NCBI RefSeq assembly: GCF_036321535.1
Contig: NC_087436.1
Span: 68,822,001 to 68,886,000 of the forward strand
From: Camelus dromedarius
Taxonomy: Eukaryota
DNA length: 64,000 nucleotides
Reading direction: 5' to 3'
Part shown: piece after piece, positions 1-13,130 of the stretch
Position numbering within the stretch: the first letter of the stretch is position 1
How the letters are laid out: each line of letters begins with the position of its first letter
Made by a program: the position numbers and the translations under genes
The notes under the pieces: model-generated
The model's database searches: none
What the model was told of the DNA's origin: nothing
Seen by the model: only the letters and a program-made list of their open reading frames with translations

Positions 1-173
1 GCAATAGCATTATGCCTTAAAAAATGTAGATGCCTTAATTAAATCACTTTATTGCTAAAAATGCTGACCTTTATCTGACAGGGTTGCCACAAACCTTCAA
101 AAACAAAAAACAAAATATAAAAAACAAAATATCTGTGAATTGCAATAAGGGGAAGTGCAATAAAATGAGGTAT
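1..173 (+). mobile_element. Tigger1-derived non-autonomous DNA transposon (Tigger1a_Art-like), cut by the window edge
   Basis: GCAATAGCATTATG..CCTTAATTAAA..CTTTATTGCTAAAAATGCT (Tigger1 left arm) joins directly to CAGGGTTGCCACAAACCTTCAA..GCAATAAAATGAGGTA (right arm), i.e. an internal-deletion derivative. Family assigned from recalled consensus. Confidence 0.75.
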
Positions 174-2679
174 TTTAATGCCACATATTAGTAATACATT
201 AAAATGGAAAATGGTATAATGTTAGAACTCTTCAGTTAAAACTTCTTCAGCTTAGTTTGAGCAAGATACAAATCACGCCTTTCCAGGGTTAAGTGCAATG
301 GTTGGGACTGTAATTGGATTTTTAAAGAAAAAATTTTTAGGGAGAATGATTATACCTAGGGGTAAACTATCCATACACAGGTAACTGCTGTTGAAGATTT
401 CTAACTTTGACCAAATATTTTTACTTTGCATGCCTGGGAGTGAAAAGAAACATTAACACCTTAGTTTTGAAAGTGACCCTCAAACACATATCTGGGTTAG
501 GAGTCAAATGGTTAGTATCCAGGGCTGTACATGCAACAAGTAACATGATGGGAAGTGGAGCCACATCAACAACTTGTAGGCAGTATGTAGCCCTTTCACA
601 GCCTTGGCATTTGCAGTGCAAAAGAGCTGATTTTAGTTTTGCTTTGACATATTACACATAAGGGACCCACACCATGCAGTTATTTGTCAAAACAAAACAC
701 AGATTCTTGACAAATTATGGATAAATCTTGGGCTAGAGGGTTATTTCTAGACTTGGTCTAGAATTTCTGCAGTTTTCCATTTGCTTGAAGTCCTTCAAAT
801 TAAGTGTTGCTGGAGAGCAATGTTTTTGTCTATAAGAATTGCCTTGAGGATTCTACTGATCTTTCTACTAAATGAGCCTTTCCTAAGTTCTGGTAAACAC
901 TGCTCTTTTTACATCTGGAAATTTGGAGACCTTCAGTGTTCTAGGCCTCCCCCACTTTTTTTTTGTTTTTAACGACGAATCACTCACATTAATGCTTTCA
1001 GGTTTCCAAAGCATATGCACAATTTACTAGCTTTCTAAGTGGTAATAGTCTATATGTTCCATACTGTGTTCTGTATTTTCTCATATATCTTCATGGTATT
1101 TCTATGATTTCAGGAATAACAAACATTATCATTGCAATTGTACAGATGAGAAAATGGAGGCAATGCATGGGCCAATTATTTGGATGGTCCTGTGGTGACT
1201 CAGTGGAATTAGAATTAGTCAGGTAACTCTCAAGTCAGGTTCTCCATCAGCACATCCTGCCCTTGACTCTACTTCAGTCATTAAAATACACTGCAGGTCA
1301 CAAACTGAGCCTGTAAGAAACAAAAAGCCCAGGCAGCTGATGACCATTTTGTGCTTCTTTTTTGGTTTCAAGCTCAGGCTTTTAAGTTCCTGGCAAATTA
1401 ACTGGTTATCAGAAATTGCATAAAACACATCATGTAACTTAGCAGAACTTCCATTATTTCACAACCTTGATTCATTTGCTTCCCCACAAGCAAAAAAGTA
1501 AAGAAGGTGGATTAAGCCTTTGACAGGTTCTTCCCTCCTGAGTTGGGAGAGGTCTCCAGATTTATTCCCTGAATAGCTGACTCTGTCTCATCAGCGAACT
1601 CCTGCCCATCCCATCCCCTCAAAATTTCGCTTCCTGGTCAGGTTTCCTCATAAAGAGTCAGCCATACCCTGAAAGGGCAGGGCATTCTGTTTCATATCTG
1701 ATATTAGTCACACTTAACTCTGATTCTCTCAGTGTCCATTGGAATTTGTAGGGGAAATCTGCACTTGTCTCCCGGAAGTAGATGTTTATGGAAACAGCTT
1801 AATGGACAAGGATAAACAGGTTTCTGTCTAGCTGGACTCCTCAGAGTCTTTAATGTTAGTATAAGGGATGAATTTCCTAGGGGTGAATATTACAGACAGA
1901 ATTTCTAAAATGTATTCAACCACAGAGCCCTTTTTTCATAAAGCCTCTTGAGAAATTAGAGATCTGGATTTGAATCTTTGCTCCTTTTAATTATTGGAAT
2001 CCTTAATTTTTTTTTTTTGCCTCTCTTTCACATCTACAAAGGTGCTTTTTGCCTACTTTGCAAGAATATAGAAATTAGATGCTGCATGTAAAGAGCATAG
2101 AAAAGGACTTTGATAAATATTAATTCTTTTTTTTAGAGAAGCAATAATGTTTCCAATGATTTTTTCCCCCTAGTTTAGTGATTTTTAAAGCATTACTTAT
2201 AAGATGGCTTTAGTGGCTCCAAAGTTGGTTTACTATTTTCCCAAGTACCCAGAGGAAAAAAAAGTTCACACTAACTTCATAATCTCACTGTTTACAGAAG
2301 CTATCCATACTTTTAAAAGGCAACAAATGAGTTTATGTTTTAGAAACAGAAGAACAATTATTGCTAAATACTTGGTGTTTTCACTTGCTTAGTCATGGAG
2401 GCCATGGCTGGGTCAGATTACCTCTCTGTTAGTGGTAAACATTTGCTTTTATTTTGAGTGAGTGCCAGTCAATTACTACAGGAAAAAACACTTAGTAATT
2501 AACTTCAGACATACTTACATCAGAGAATAATAAAACCTTTAAATGCCACTTTTTAAATTGAAGGTTTTCCGTCTGAATTCTAGGTATTATGTGGAATGGA
2601 AATAATGATATAAAGTTTGATTAGACATAAAATGGAATTAATAGAGAACCTCACATCACATAGAAAGGTAGCTGCTTAC

Positions 2680-2837
2680 CATTAACTTGAACTGATGAGG
2701 CATTTATTGACAAGGCTCTGGTGTTTCTTATCTTCTCATTCAAGATGCGATGGATTTTTTTTCTTACTTCCCTTGGCTCAGCAGAGGGGAACTGGAACAC
2801 CATAATGACATCTACTTTTGCACCATCTTCCTCTGGA
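2680..2837 (-). CDS. TMPRSS11A: TMPRSS11A coding exon 5 (C-terminal half of SEA domain; T-PEEDGAKVDVIMVFQFPSAEPREVRKKIHRILNEKIRNTRALSINASSVQVN)
   Basis: Acceptor gtgtgtcgtag|TCC, donor AATG|gtaagc, 158 nt, phase 2 to 1. Peptide matches recalled human TMPRSS11A PEEDGVKVDVIMVFQFPST...INASSVQVN. Confidence 0.95.
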
Positions 2838-4772
2838 CTACGACACACGATTGAAAGGTACTTGTTCAAAAAATACTTCAAGTATATCTTATGCTCTTTT
2901 CTGTATTTTCTCCTACTAAATTATGCCTTAATTGTTGAAAGTGTCAAGAGCTGATCATCACACTCATATGTCACTCTATGACTCAAGGTCATTTCATATG
3001 TTCTCTCTGCAAGTTTTCATTATGTTTTGAGTGCATTTTCCCCATTAATTTGAAGGCTTGTTATAGTAGTTGAGTAAGACTCAAGCACCAAAATGTTATC
3101 ATCAAAATCATAAACTCTGAAGCCTGGAAGAAACTTAGTGGTCTCTCTGGCCAGTCACTCATCTGATAATCATAGTCACCTCCATGACATAGTGCTCGTC
3201 TAACCTCAGTAAACTAATTAAAATGATGGGAAATTCATTTCCCTAAACATGCTATTTCTTTTTGGTCAGCTCTCATTTTAGCAGAGTTCTTCATTTGGAG
3301 TTGAAATATGTCTCTCTGCATTTTCCATTCCATTGGCTTAGGTCTGCCGTTTGGGACATACGTAAAACATAAACTCCCTCTTCTACATAAAATATTTGAA
3401 GACAGCAATATTTTTCGTCTCTGAGTATTCTCCAGATTAAACATGTCCATTTCTGGAAAATTTTTCATGTAAACAGGTTCAAGTTCCTTCACATGTGTGG
3501 TTGAATTTTTACATACTAAACTAGAAAAACCAAACAATAAAAGGTCCCTGAAAAATGGAAAACTGTGTATTGATCTGCCATCTCTTACTTTTACATTTCA
3601 AAAAATCCAAGATCTAAAAAGCACTAAAGGCCTATTTTCCTGAATCCTTCAGTTAAAAAAGAGGAAATCATATAAATTAGAAGATATTTTAGATATTGTA
3701 TTTCACTTAGGCTCTGGAATGTGAAGATATAAGTAATTAGAATTTTATAGTAAATTGGTAAACAAATTACCAAGTAGTTTTTCCCTCTTCTCAGATCAGA
3801 AGGAAAACATTATTTACCAGGGGGAATTTCTCTGGACCCACACAAAAGCTTACATAGTGATAATGACAACAAATTCAAAGGTATTAATAAAACTGTGATA
3901 ACTTGGCTAGAATGTTATGGCAGGTGAGAATTTGGAAAAGGAAGGCATGAAATTTAGAAAGTTTCAGCAAATATATGCTTTCTGTCTCCTAAATATTGTA
4001 GAATTTATCCAGGTGTATTGTAAAATCCTTCTGCAGGTCACTAGTTAACTCAGTAAAGCTTTAAGGAACTTGGAGTGAGTCTGCCAATGAGGCATTAGTC
4101 TATTGGTGAGAAAAGTCATAATTGTTTCTTTCAAATAAGCCTGTCTGAATATATTCATTTTATTTAAGAAGATGAGTCATACTGGATAGATTTGCATCTG
4201 TTACATATATGTTCTGCTATATACTTTCCATATAACACAATTGAAACCTCTGAGCAATTTCTGCAACTGATATGAGTCTTCCCCCTCTACCACAACAAGC
4301 ATAAATTCCTTAAAACAGGAACATCTTTTTGTTTAGGCATGCCTCCTGTCACTAGGGCTTCGTTAGAGGTAAGAGTCATGATCCTATTTTGTGGTCAGCT
4401 TTGCCTTCTTAATATTTTTGAAATGGCATGTGTAATGAATACAGCTCGGTGCATGCAGTAACATGCTGCTGGATTTCCTCAAGGCCATGGGTTCTGGTAG
4501 TTCCAGGACTTACAACAAGTTGATGGGGTTTGAATTCTCGTTCTGTTACTTGTGGAATTTTGAACATATCACGTAACCTCTCAGAGTCTTGAATTCTGCG
4601 TTTACAAAATGGTGGTCAATCCTATATTTCGAGACTATTGTGGAGATAATATTTATGAGAAATACAGCCAAGAGCCAAGCCCAAAGAGGTAACAATATAT
4701 GAGGGTTTCTGTCTCCTTTGCCTTTTTTGGTCCCTCCAGGCTGTGAATCCACCTTTGCCCAAACATACGTAC

Positions 4773-4840
4773 GTCAGTCTGACTACTTGGTTCTTAATGT
4801 AATGCTTGTTCAAGGCCGAGTCTATAAATATCTCATCCAC
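4773..4840 (-). CDS. TMPRSS11A: TMPRSS11A coding exon 4 (SEA domain; VDEIFIDSALNKHYIKNQVVRLT)
   Basis: Acceptor taataatag|GTG, donor GAC|gtacgt, 68 nt, phase 0 to 2. Matches human VDEIFIDSAWKKNYIKNQVVRLT. Confidence 0.95.
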
Positions 4841-4962
4841 CTATTATTACAATAAGAGAGAAACCATATGTTAATAAGATATTTTATAGTAAGAATATAC
4901 CCCTGATTAAATGTTAAAGCAATAGAAAAAATTTTTAACATGAGTAATGTCATTATTTAAAC

Positions 4963-5150
4963 CAGTGGGTCTCAATATAGTAGTGCAACAGAATCATTTG
5001 CAAAATGAAAGAAAAACAAAAACAAAAACAAAAACAAAACTTAAATATGCTGGGGCCCCTCTCCCAGAGTTCTGATTATAAATGGTCTGGAGGGGACCTA
5101 GACATTCATATTTGTAAAAATCTCTCCAGGTGACTCTAATATGCTGGCAT
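4963..5150. mobile_element. MER5-like hAT-Charlie element
   Basis: CAGTGGGTCTCAA start; CCCAGAGTTCTGATT..GGTCTGGAGGGG..CTCCAGGTGACTCTAATATGC motifs typical of MER5. Confidence 0.6.
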
Positions 5151-5264
5151 AGGTATCTAGGGTAGGAGATATCTTCCTAAAACTCCGTAGAAGATGAAGT
5201 AGAAAGATGTAGAGAGAGATGGGACACAGAGGGAGGCCTTGAGAGATGGTGGAGAGAACCTTGG

Positions 5265-5430
5265 CTCAGTACTGGGTTTGAAGCCTCTCCTTCTGCTCAT
5301 GAACTGGGTGACTTTGGAAAGGTTACTGAACCAACTGAAGCCTCAGTTTCCTAACCTCTAAAACAAAGATTTTGATATGCTACTCATAGGCTTTTAAAGA
5401 TTAAACACATGTAAAATGCTGGGTGTATTT
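5265..5430 (+). mobile_element. MIR SINE fragment
   Basis: CTGGGTTTGAAGCC..GGGTGACTTTGGAAAGGTTACTGAAC..GCCTCAGTTTCCT..CTCTAAAA core. Confidence 0.6.
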
Positions 5431-8400
5431 TGGTAGTAAACTGCTTGGGGCTCCCTAGCCCCCATCCTGGCATTACAGGTCTCAGAATTCTCTGCAGGTC
5501 TTTGACTGTAAGTAGAGGGAAGAGGCATTAGGGATTTAGGAAAGAGCCAACAATTTTCTAATTGTTGATTGTGAGCCCTAGGGTAAGTCAGAGACGAAGA
5601 AAGAGTAAGGTGGTTTTGCAGGTTTAGGTCAAAGTTGTATTACTCAGTTTATGTCAACAAGGAAGGAGAAGAAATGATACTGTTTTTGGTCCATTTGCTC
5701 AGAATTTTAATTGCCTGCCAAGGCATCATGAGGCTGTGGCCTGTCACACCCAGATTTTGGCTTGCAGTAACCCCTAGTGACCAGTTGGTGGCAATAGTGC
5801 ATGCAGGCACTGTGCTTCATATTTGATAGTAGATGAGCCAGATGTGCAAAAACCATGTCCTAAGTCTCTAAGGAAGGGGCAGGAAAACCAAATCTCATTT
5901 TGAAAGACCCAAAAAAATAAAAATAAAGGGAAGATTGCTTCAGAGATCAAGGAGAAAGTTGTGATTTCCTTAGCCACTATCAGGCATTCATTAGGAAACA
6001 AAATATTGAAGATCCCCCTTAACACTTACAATAACTGTATGGTACAAGAATTATTTTGATTCTTATTTGAAGAAGAAACTGACACCTGGAGACATTATGT
6101 GAAATATGTCCCTGGCATCATGTGGATTAGTAAACTGGAACTTAAACCTAGGTCTTCTATCTGTAGTTCCATCTCTTCTCATGAATCACACAACCTCCTT
6201 GTTAAATGTTATGTACACTTTACTTTCTTCTTTAATTTCTTTCATAGAATCTATAACAATAAGTTATAAAATAAATGGTTGATTGACTTGAAGATAAAGT
6301 GTAAAACTTTTAAAGATATATTTGGTAATATATTTTTGAGCTTTAGATCAAAGACAGTATTGAGAAAATAGAGAATTTGCTAGTATCCAGAATATACATT
6401 TATTTATATTTAAATAGGGAAAGCTTAAATGGGCTGAAGAAGTGTGGGGTTTATATGTCAGAAATGAAATTGTTTTGGAAGATATGTTTTCGCAAGAGTG
6501 ACATTGTTTTAATCATTTTTCTTCTGATACCCTCAGCCAGTTTTATTATTCAGTATCTGAGGGGAATCCAAAAGAAAAGAAAAGGCTAACAGAAAACAAC
6601 AGGGTGAAAAGTGAACAATAGTAAAAGGAAGAAAAGTAAATAATGGTTGGGCATTTAAAGAAGTTTGGCTTGTAATTATCCTCTGAAATTCCACCCACAA
6701 TTGATCCCTTGGCTGTTTGTGACTTGTTGGTGAAAGTATTAGATTAAGTTTTTGACTCTGGATGACATCACTGGTCAGGGAACATGCCTTCTAAGAAGAG
6801 TCTCTAGCCCCAGTGTCAGTTCCATCACTGAATAGTTCAGGTGTCTGGGAAGATAGGAGCTGAAAGAATAACATAGGCAGAATCTAGGTGGAGGTAACCA
6901 GTAATCACAGAAGTATAGAAATTTCTTCCCTATAATTCAAATTCCAGGACCCAGCCCCTGGAATAAAGCCTCATTGGTTGGGCCTGGGGTGAGGCCCCAG
7001 TGATTCAGGCAGTTGGGAAAACACTTTGAGAAATACTGGGGTACAGACTGGCTGAAAGGGTTCCTACATTAAGGGAATTTACAACAGAGGAAAAATCAAA
7101 GAAAACATGAACATCAACTTTATTGCTGAATGGAGTTTAATTATGAACTAGCTCTCTTGAGACACCCTTAGAAATGTTTCCCTGGCAGATTAAGGCCTAT
7201 TTCATCAGAAACATTCTGCCAGTACTTTAGCACTCTAATTCTAAATTCTCAGAAATTTCGAAGCACACTTTTTTTTTTAAAGCTGTGTGCCAGCTTGTTA
7301 TAAATTTATTATACATAACCTAATACAGTTAGTGATTTATAAATCTATCATGCCTCCTATTTGGGGGCATTTGTAGAGTTTTGTAGTTGAACTTAGTCTC
7401 CAAACATTGAACAAAAGACCCTCTTTCAAAGTATTACCTCTTTATGTTTGATGATTTTGAAGTGCTGGAAGTTGCACTGAGATTAAGTTCTAAGAGGGCA
7501 ATTGAAGGTTAGTTGGGTGTTTAATGAAAGAGTTAGGGAGAGGCCTTCAACTCAAACAAACAGACGCGCCCAGCCTTTCAGCTCTCATTCCCAAACTGAC
7601 ACTGTTCACACACGTAGCCTGCCTTTCACTATAGATGGTTCTCAGCTGGCTCCTCTCAGAGCAGTCTTTTTATTTGCATCGGGGCGTTTCTGGGTTTAGG
7701 CCACAAACTTCAGAGAGATATGCCACTGAAGACTGGACAGTGGAACGTGAAGGCAGTTTCTTCCAACATCACACCAGTTGAGCCCCTGAGAACTAAACGT
7801 TTAAAGCCAAAAACATGCTGAGAAAAAAAATTCAGATCCTCTTGCTTTCTCCTAATTACAGTAAGAGTAGAATACAGAGGATGGTATAGGAGATTCTTTA
7901 AAAAAACCAACAACACACTTTTACCCTTATGTAAGGTTCAATTGAAGTTGCTTTACTCTAAGGGCTGAACTCAAGGTAGAAATAAAGACTAGAGCACAAT
8001 AGCATTTGAGCTTCTGGTCATAGAGTCAGATGTTCGAGGCCCCCCCCCCCCCCCGTCTGTCACTGATCCCCCTCACCCATCAACACAACCATTACCTTGC
8101 ATGATTGGCAGCTTTGTTTTCAGGCATGGCTCTTGTTTTCCTGGGTACTTGCCCTTTTCAGGCTATTCCTTTGATCTGTAGCCCCCTCCCATTCTGCTAG
8201 CTCTGCAGTTCTGAATCACAACTCTGCTTCACGGTCTATTTCAGATAAGACCTACTTTAAGATTATTCCTTAAACCTCAGAGTAATCTTTCCACTTCTTG
8301 TCTTAATTGTTCTTACTCCTCTTATGTAATCTACTTCTTAATGCAGTTATTTATGCAAATATATTATTCCCTCTACTAAACTGTAAACCCTTTATGAATA

Positions 8401-10066
8401 GGGAGAGTTATCTTTTCATACTCTACAATAAGTAGAGTATGCTTTTGTTGAATGAATTAATAAAAGAAAGTGAGAATTTATTTATTAAAAAGCCTTACAT
8501 TTACCAGGAAACTTTTATAAGAGATTTTAATGAGCTTAATTAATGAGATTAATGCTCCTAGCGAAAAAAGAAAACTGCTCATGAATTATTCAAAGGGAAT
8601 TTTTTTCTCCTTGTTGATGTGTTCAGTAATATGTTCAGTAATCTCTGTAGTGAGACTACAATAGTTACAACAGTGGGAATAGTTACCAATGTTGTCTGCT
8701 GCCTGTACACCAAGCAGAAACTCTATTGTATTTGATCTTATTGCTTTTCACATCAACCCTCTGAAGTGAATACTGTGATAATTTGCATTATTATATCAAT
8801 AAGGAAGTGGCTTGCCCGAGGTGACATAGCAGTGAGTCAGTTGATCTCAGGGTGAGCATACAGGTGGATTTTCACTAAGAGTTCCTACCCACTGACATGC
8901 AGCAAGCAGTATATAATGATTGCCCCTTTCCAAAGGCAGCCCATATTCTTTGCCCTCAAAAAATAAGCACCATAATCTTGATGGTTCTTATTGAAACTTT
9001 TAAAAGTTGTTACTGTATCTACTATTTAAAATCTAGATTTTTGATAAAACCCAAGATTCAAGAAGTCAGCTGTGAATCATTACTGTAAGCTTATATGGAA
9101 CATGGCCAATCTGAGTACTGGTGGTGCTCACAGGATTTTGAGGCTTCTTGATCTCTTGGAAATCCAGGCACTTTGTTTTCACCAAACTCTTGTTTTTAAC
9201 TTTCACAGCTTTGAACCCAGCGCTGTATCTATTGGAGAGGGCAGTTGGATCCACTGTCATATGGGGTCTGTGGGTATGTGGGTGAAGTACAGTGGAAGTC
9301 TGACTTTCTGATTACTCTAAGCCAGGAGATAATAATATCACCAAATCAGTTGTGACATTATGTGATGTTATCAGACTTATTTATTTGATTGCACTTGTCT
9401 TTCCTTAGTGTTTCTTGAAGACTATCAGAAAGAAATAGACAAACGTCTGTGAGGAACTAGTCACATACAGCAATTAACAATATATTCAATAATCTTATCG
9501 TAAATTGTTCTATATTCCTGAGACTGAGAGGCAAAGTAAATTCATAGAATTAAAAAGTTTGCAGTGAAGGTTTTAAGAGATAAATTATTAACTTTCACTG
9601 TACCACAAAAACCTAGACTCTGAATTACCTTTTTAAAAAAGAATAATATCTAATATGTATCTGTTTAAATTTGTACTAAAGACATTTAAACCAGAATGCC
9701 TGACGCAAGGGAAAGTAGACTCTCCAGGTGTGTTGTCCTTGAAATCTCTAACTTCAATTATTCTATCAGAGAGAGAGGGAGAATAATTTCTCTTGGTCTT
9801 TCTTATATGCCTGAATGATGAATGATAATCTAAATAGGTTATCCATCAGAGTGGAGACTGTATTACTTTTACAACTTTATTAGGAAGTTTAGAGATGGCT
9901 CATATTACTTCTTTTCTTAAAAACTTTTCTCAGAAAACATCCTTCCACATCCTTCCTTCAATCACAGACTGTTTAGGCTAGACATACATATGAAGTATAA
10001 CCTTCAAACTCCTTTCTCTCTCTGTGACAATTGTTTCTATTCTTATCTTCTCCCTTAAGATTTGAC

Positions 10067-13000
10067 ATAGACAAAAGAGAGTGTCAGCCAAAATAATAAC
10101 AAAAGACAAAAAAAGTCATTATATAATGATAAAGGGGTCAATTCATCAAGAAGATATAACAATCATAAATATATATGCACCCAGTATCAGAGCATTTAAA
10201 TATATTAAACAAATACTAACAGATATGAAGGGAGAAATACACAACAATACAATAATAGTAGAGGTCTTTGATACCTCACTTTCAACAATGGATAGATCAT
10301 CCAGACAGAAAATCAATAAGAAAATGTTGAATTTAAACTACACTTTAAATCAAATGTACCTAACAGACATATACAGAATATTTCACGCAACAGCAACAGA
10401 ATGTTCTTCTCAAGCACACACAGAACATCCTCCAGGATAGATTATATGATAGGTTACAGAACAAATGTTAGCAAATATTTAAGAAGATTGAAATCACACC
10501 AAGTATCTTTTCTGACTACAGTGGTATAAAACTAGAAGTTATTGACAGAAGGAAAGCTGGAAAATTCACAAACATGTGGAAATTACACAACACACTCCTA
10601 AACAATCAATGGGTCAAAGAAGAACTCAAAAGGAAAAAAAATCTTGAAACAGAAGAAAATAGAACAGAACATACCAAAACCTATGGAATGCAACAAAAAT
10701 AGTGCTAAGAGGGAAGTTTATAGTGATACATGCCTACATTAAGAAAAAGAAAGATGTCAAATAAACAATCTAACTTTACTCCTCAAAAACTAGAAAAAGA
10801 ACAAACTAAGCTCAAGGTTAGCAGAAGGAAAGAAATAACAAAGATAAGAGCAGAAATAATTGAAATTAAGACCAGAAAAACAATAGAAAAGATCAACAAA
10901 ACTAAGAGCTGTGTTTTTGAAAAGATAAACAAAATTGATAAAATTTTAGCTACATTATCTAAAAGAAAAAACAAAGAGGAGATTCAAATAAAATTAGAAA
11001 TGAAAGAGTAGGTATTACAATTGATAACACAAAAAAACAAAGGATTGTAAGAGACTGCTATGAACAACTGTACACCAACAAATTGAATAACCTAGAGGAA
11101 ATGAATACATTCCTAGAAAAATACAATCTATCAAGGTTGAATCATGAAGAAAAAGAAATTCTGAGCAGACCAATAATGAGTAAGGAGATTAAATCAGTAA
11201 TCAAAAACGTCCCCAAAATAAAAAAATCCAAGACTAGACGGTTTCACTGGTGAGTTTTACCAAACAGGAATTAATACCAATCCTTATCAAACTCTTCTAA
11301 AAAATCAAAGAGAAAGGAACACTCCCAAACTCATTTTGTGAGGCCAGCTTTACTTTGATACCAAAATCAAGTAAGGACACTACAAGAAGACAACTGCAGA
11401 ACAATATTCCTGATGCAAAAATTCCCAACAAAATATTAGTGAATTAAATTCAACAGCACATTAGAAGGATCACACACCGTAATTAAGTGACCTTTATCTC
11501 TGGGATGCAGGGGTGGTTCAACATATGCAAATCAATAAATTTGACACACCACATCACTAGAATGAAAGATAAAAATCATATGATTATCTCAGTAGATGCA
11601 GAAAAAGCATTTGACAAAATACAAGATACTTTCATGTTAAAAACACTCAACAAATTGCATGCAGAAGGAACATAACTCAAAATAATAAAGCCCGTATGTG
11701 ACAAACCTACAGCTTACATCTAACAACAGTAAAAGGTTGAAAACTTTCCCTCTAAGATCAGGAATAAGACAAGGATGTTCACTCTCACATTCTTATTCAG
11801 CATGGTCCTGGAAGTTCTAACTGGAGCAATCAGTCAAGAAAAAGAAATAAAAGGCAGCCAAATAAGAAAGGAAGAAGTAAAATTATCTTTATCTGCAGGT
11901 GATGACTTTATATATAGAAAATCCTAAATACACCACCGAAAAACTGTTGGAACTAATCAATGATTTCAATAAAGCTGAACATACAGAATCAGCTGTGTTT
12001 ATATACACTAACAACAAAATATCTGAAAAAAATAAAGAAAACAACCTCATTCATAATAGCATCAAAAACAGTAAGATACTTAGGGATAAATTTAACCAAG
12101 GAGGTGAAAGATCTGAATACTGAAACTACAAGACTTTGATGAAACGAACCCTGTACGCTGTGGATGGGCGTGTAAATTGGTCCAGCCACTATGGAAAACA
12201 GTATGGAGTTTCCTCAAAAAATCAAAAGTAAAACGACTGTCTGAGCCAGTAACTCTACTTCAGGGTATATATCCAAAGGAAATTGGGTCTTAAAGAGATA
12301 TCTGCACTCCCGTGTTCATTGCAGCATTATTCACAATAGCCAAGATATGGAAACAATCAGTCTGTCAACAAATAAATGGATAAAGAAGATTAGTGTATAT
12401 TTCTACAGTTGACCCTTGAACAGTTTCGAGGTTGGGGGTGCTGATCCTCTTTGCTCATGTAATGCATAGTTGGCCCTTCGTATCCACCATGTAAATGTTT
12501 ATTCATGTAAACATTTTATCTGTATTCATGGTTATGCATCTGCGGATTCAACCAACCGTGGATTGAATCATGTAATACTACAGTATTTACTAATGAAAAA
12601 ATTTGCATATAAGTGGATACATGAAGTTCAAACCTATGTTTTTCAAAGGTCAGCTGTATATTCCTCAGCCATGAGAAAGAACGAAATCCTGCCATTTATG
12701 ACAACATGGATTTTGAGATCATTATGCTAAGTGAAATAAGTCAGAAAGATGAAGACAGATACTTTATTTTATCAGTTATATGTGGAATCTACAAAGCTGA
12801 ACTAGCAGAAACAGATAGTAGAACGGTAGTTACCAAAACTAGGGGAAATATTGATCTAAGAGTACAGACTTACAACATAAGTAAGTTCTGGGATTCAAAA
12901 CACATCTTGATGACTATAGTTAATAACACTGTGTTATGTACTTGACAGTTATTAAGAGAGTAGACGTTAAATGCACTTATCACAAAAAAAGAAATGGTAA

Positions 13001-13130
13001 TCATATGACATGATGGAGGTGTTATAGTGGTAAACATTTTTCAGTATGTAAGTGTATCATATCGTCATGTTTTATACCTTAAACTTGCACGATGTTATAT
13101 GTCAGTTATATTGCAATGAAGTAGAAAAAA
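10067..13130 (+). mobile_element. 5'-truncated, decayed LINE-1 (ORF2 endonuclease/RT remnants plus L1MA-type 3' UTR) with an internal deletion near 12145
   Basis: ORF pieces HYIMIKGSIHQEDITIINIYAP (EN), [22 protein letters not shown] and [27 protein letters not shown] (RT). Multiple frameshifts and stops. The 3' UTR ends in an A-rich tail near 13125. Confidence 0.95.
12406..12656. mobile_element. Tigger2a-like MITE nested in the L1
   Basis: TIRs CAGTTGACCCTTGAAC ... TTTCAAAGGTCAGCTG flanked by TA on both sides (12404-12405, 12657-12658). Confidence 0.85.

Noticed and set aside
1..2679. TMPRSS11A exon 6 and protease exons
   Set aside because: No 39-nt linker exon or CG..RI/WPWQ motif was found; these exons must lie left of position 1.
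10081..12123. Plus-strand ORFs of 119, 93, 62 and 74 aa as a protein-coding gene or active retroelement
   Set aside because: They are frameshifted fragments of a dead L1 ORF2.
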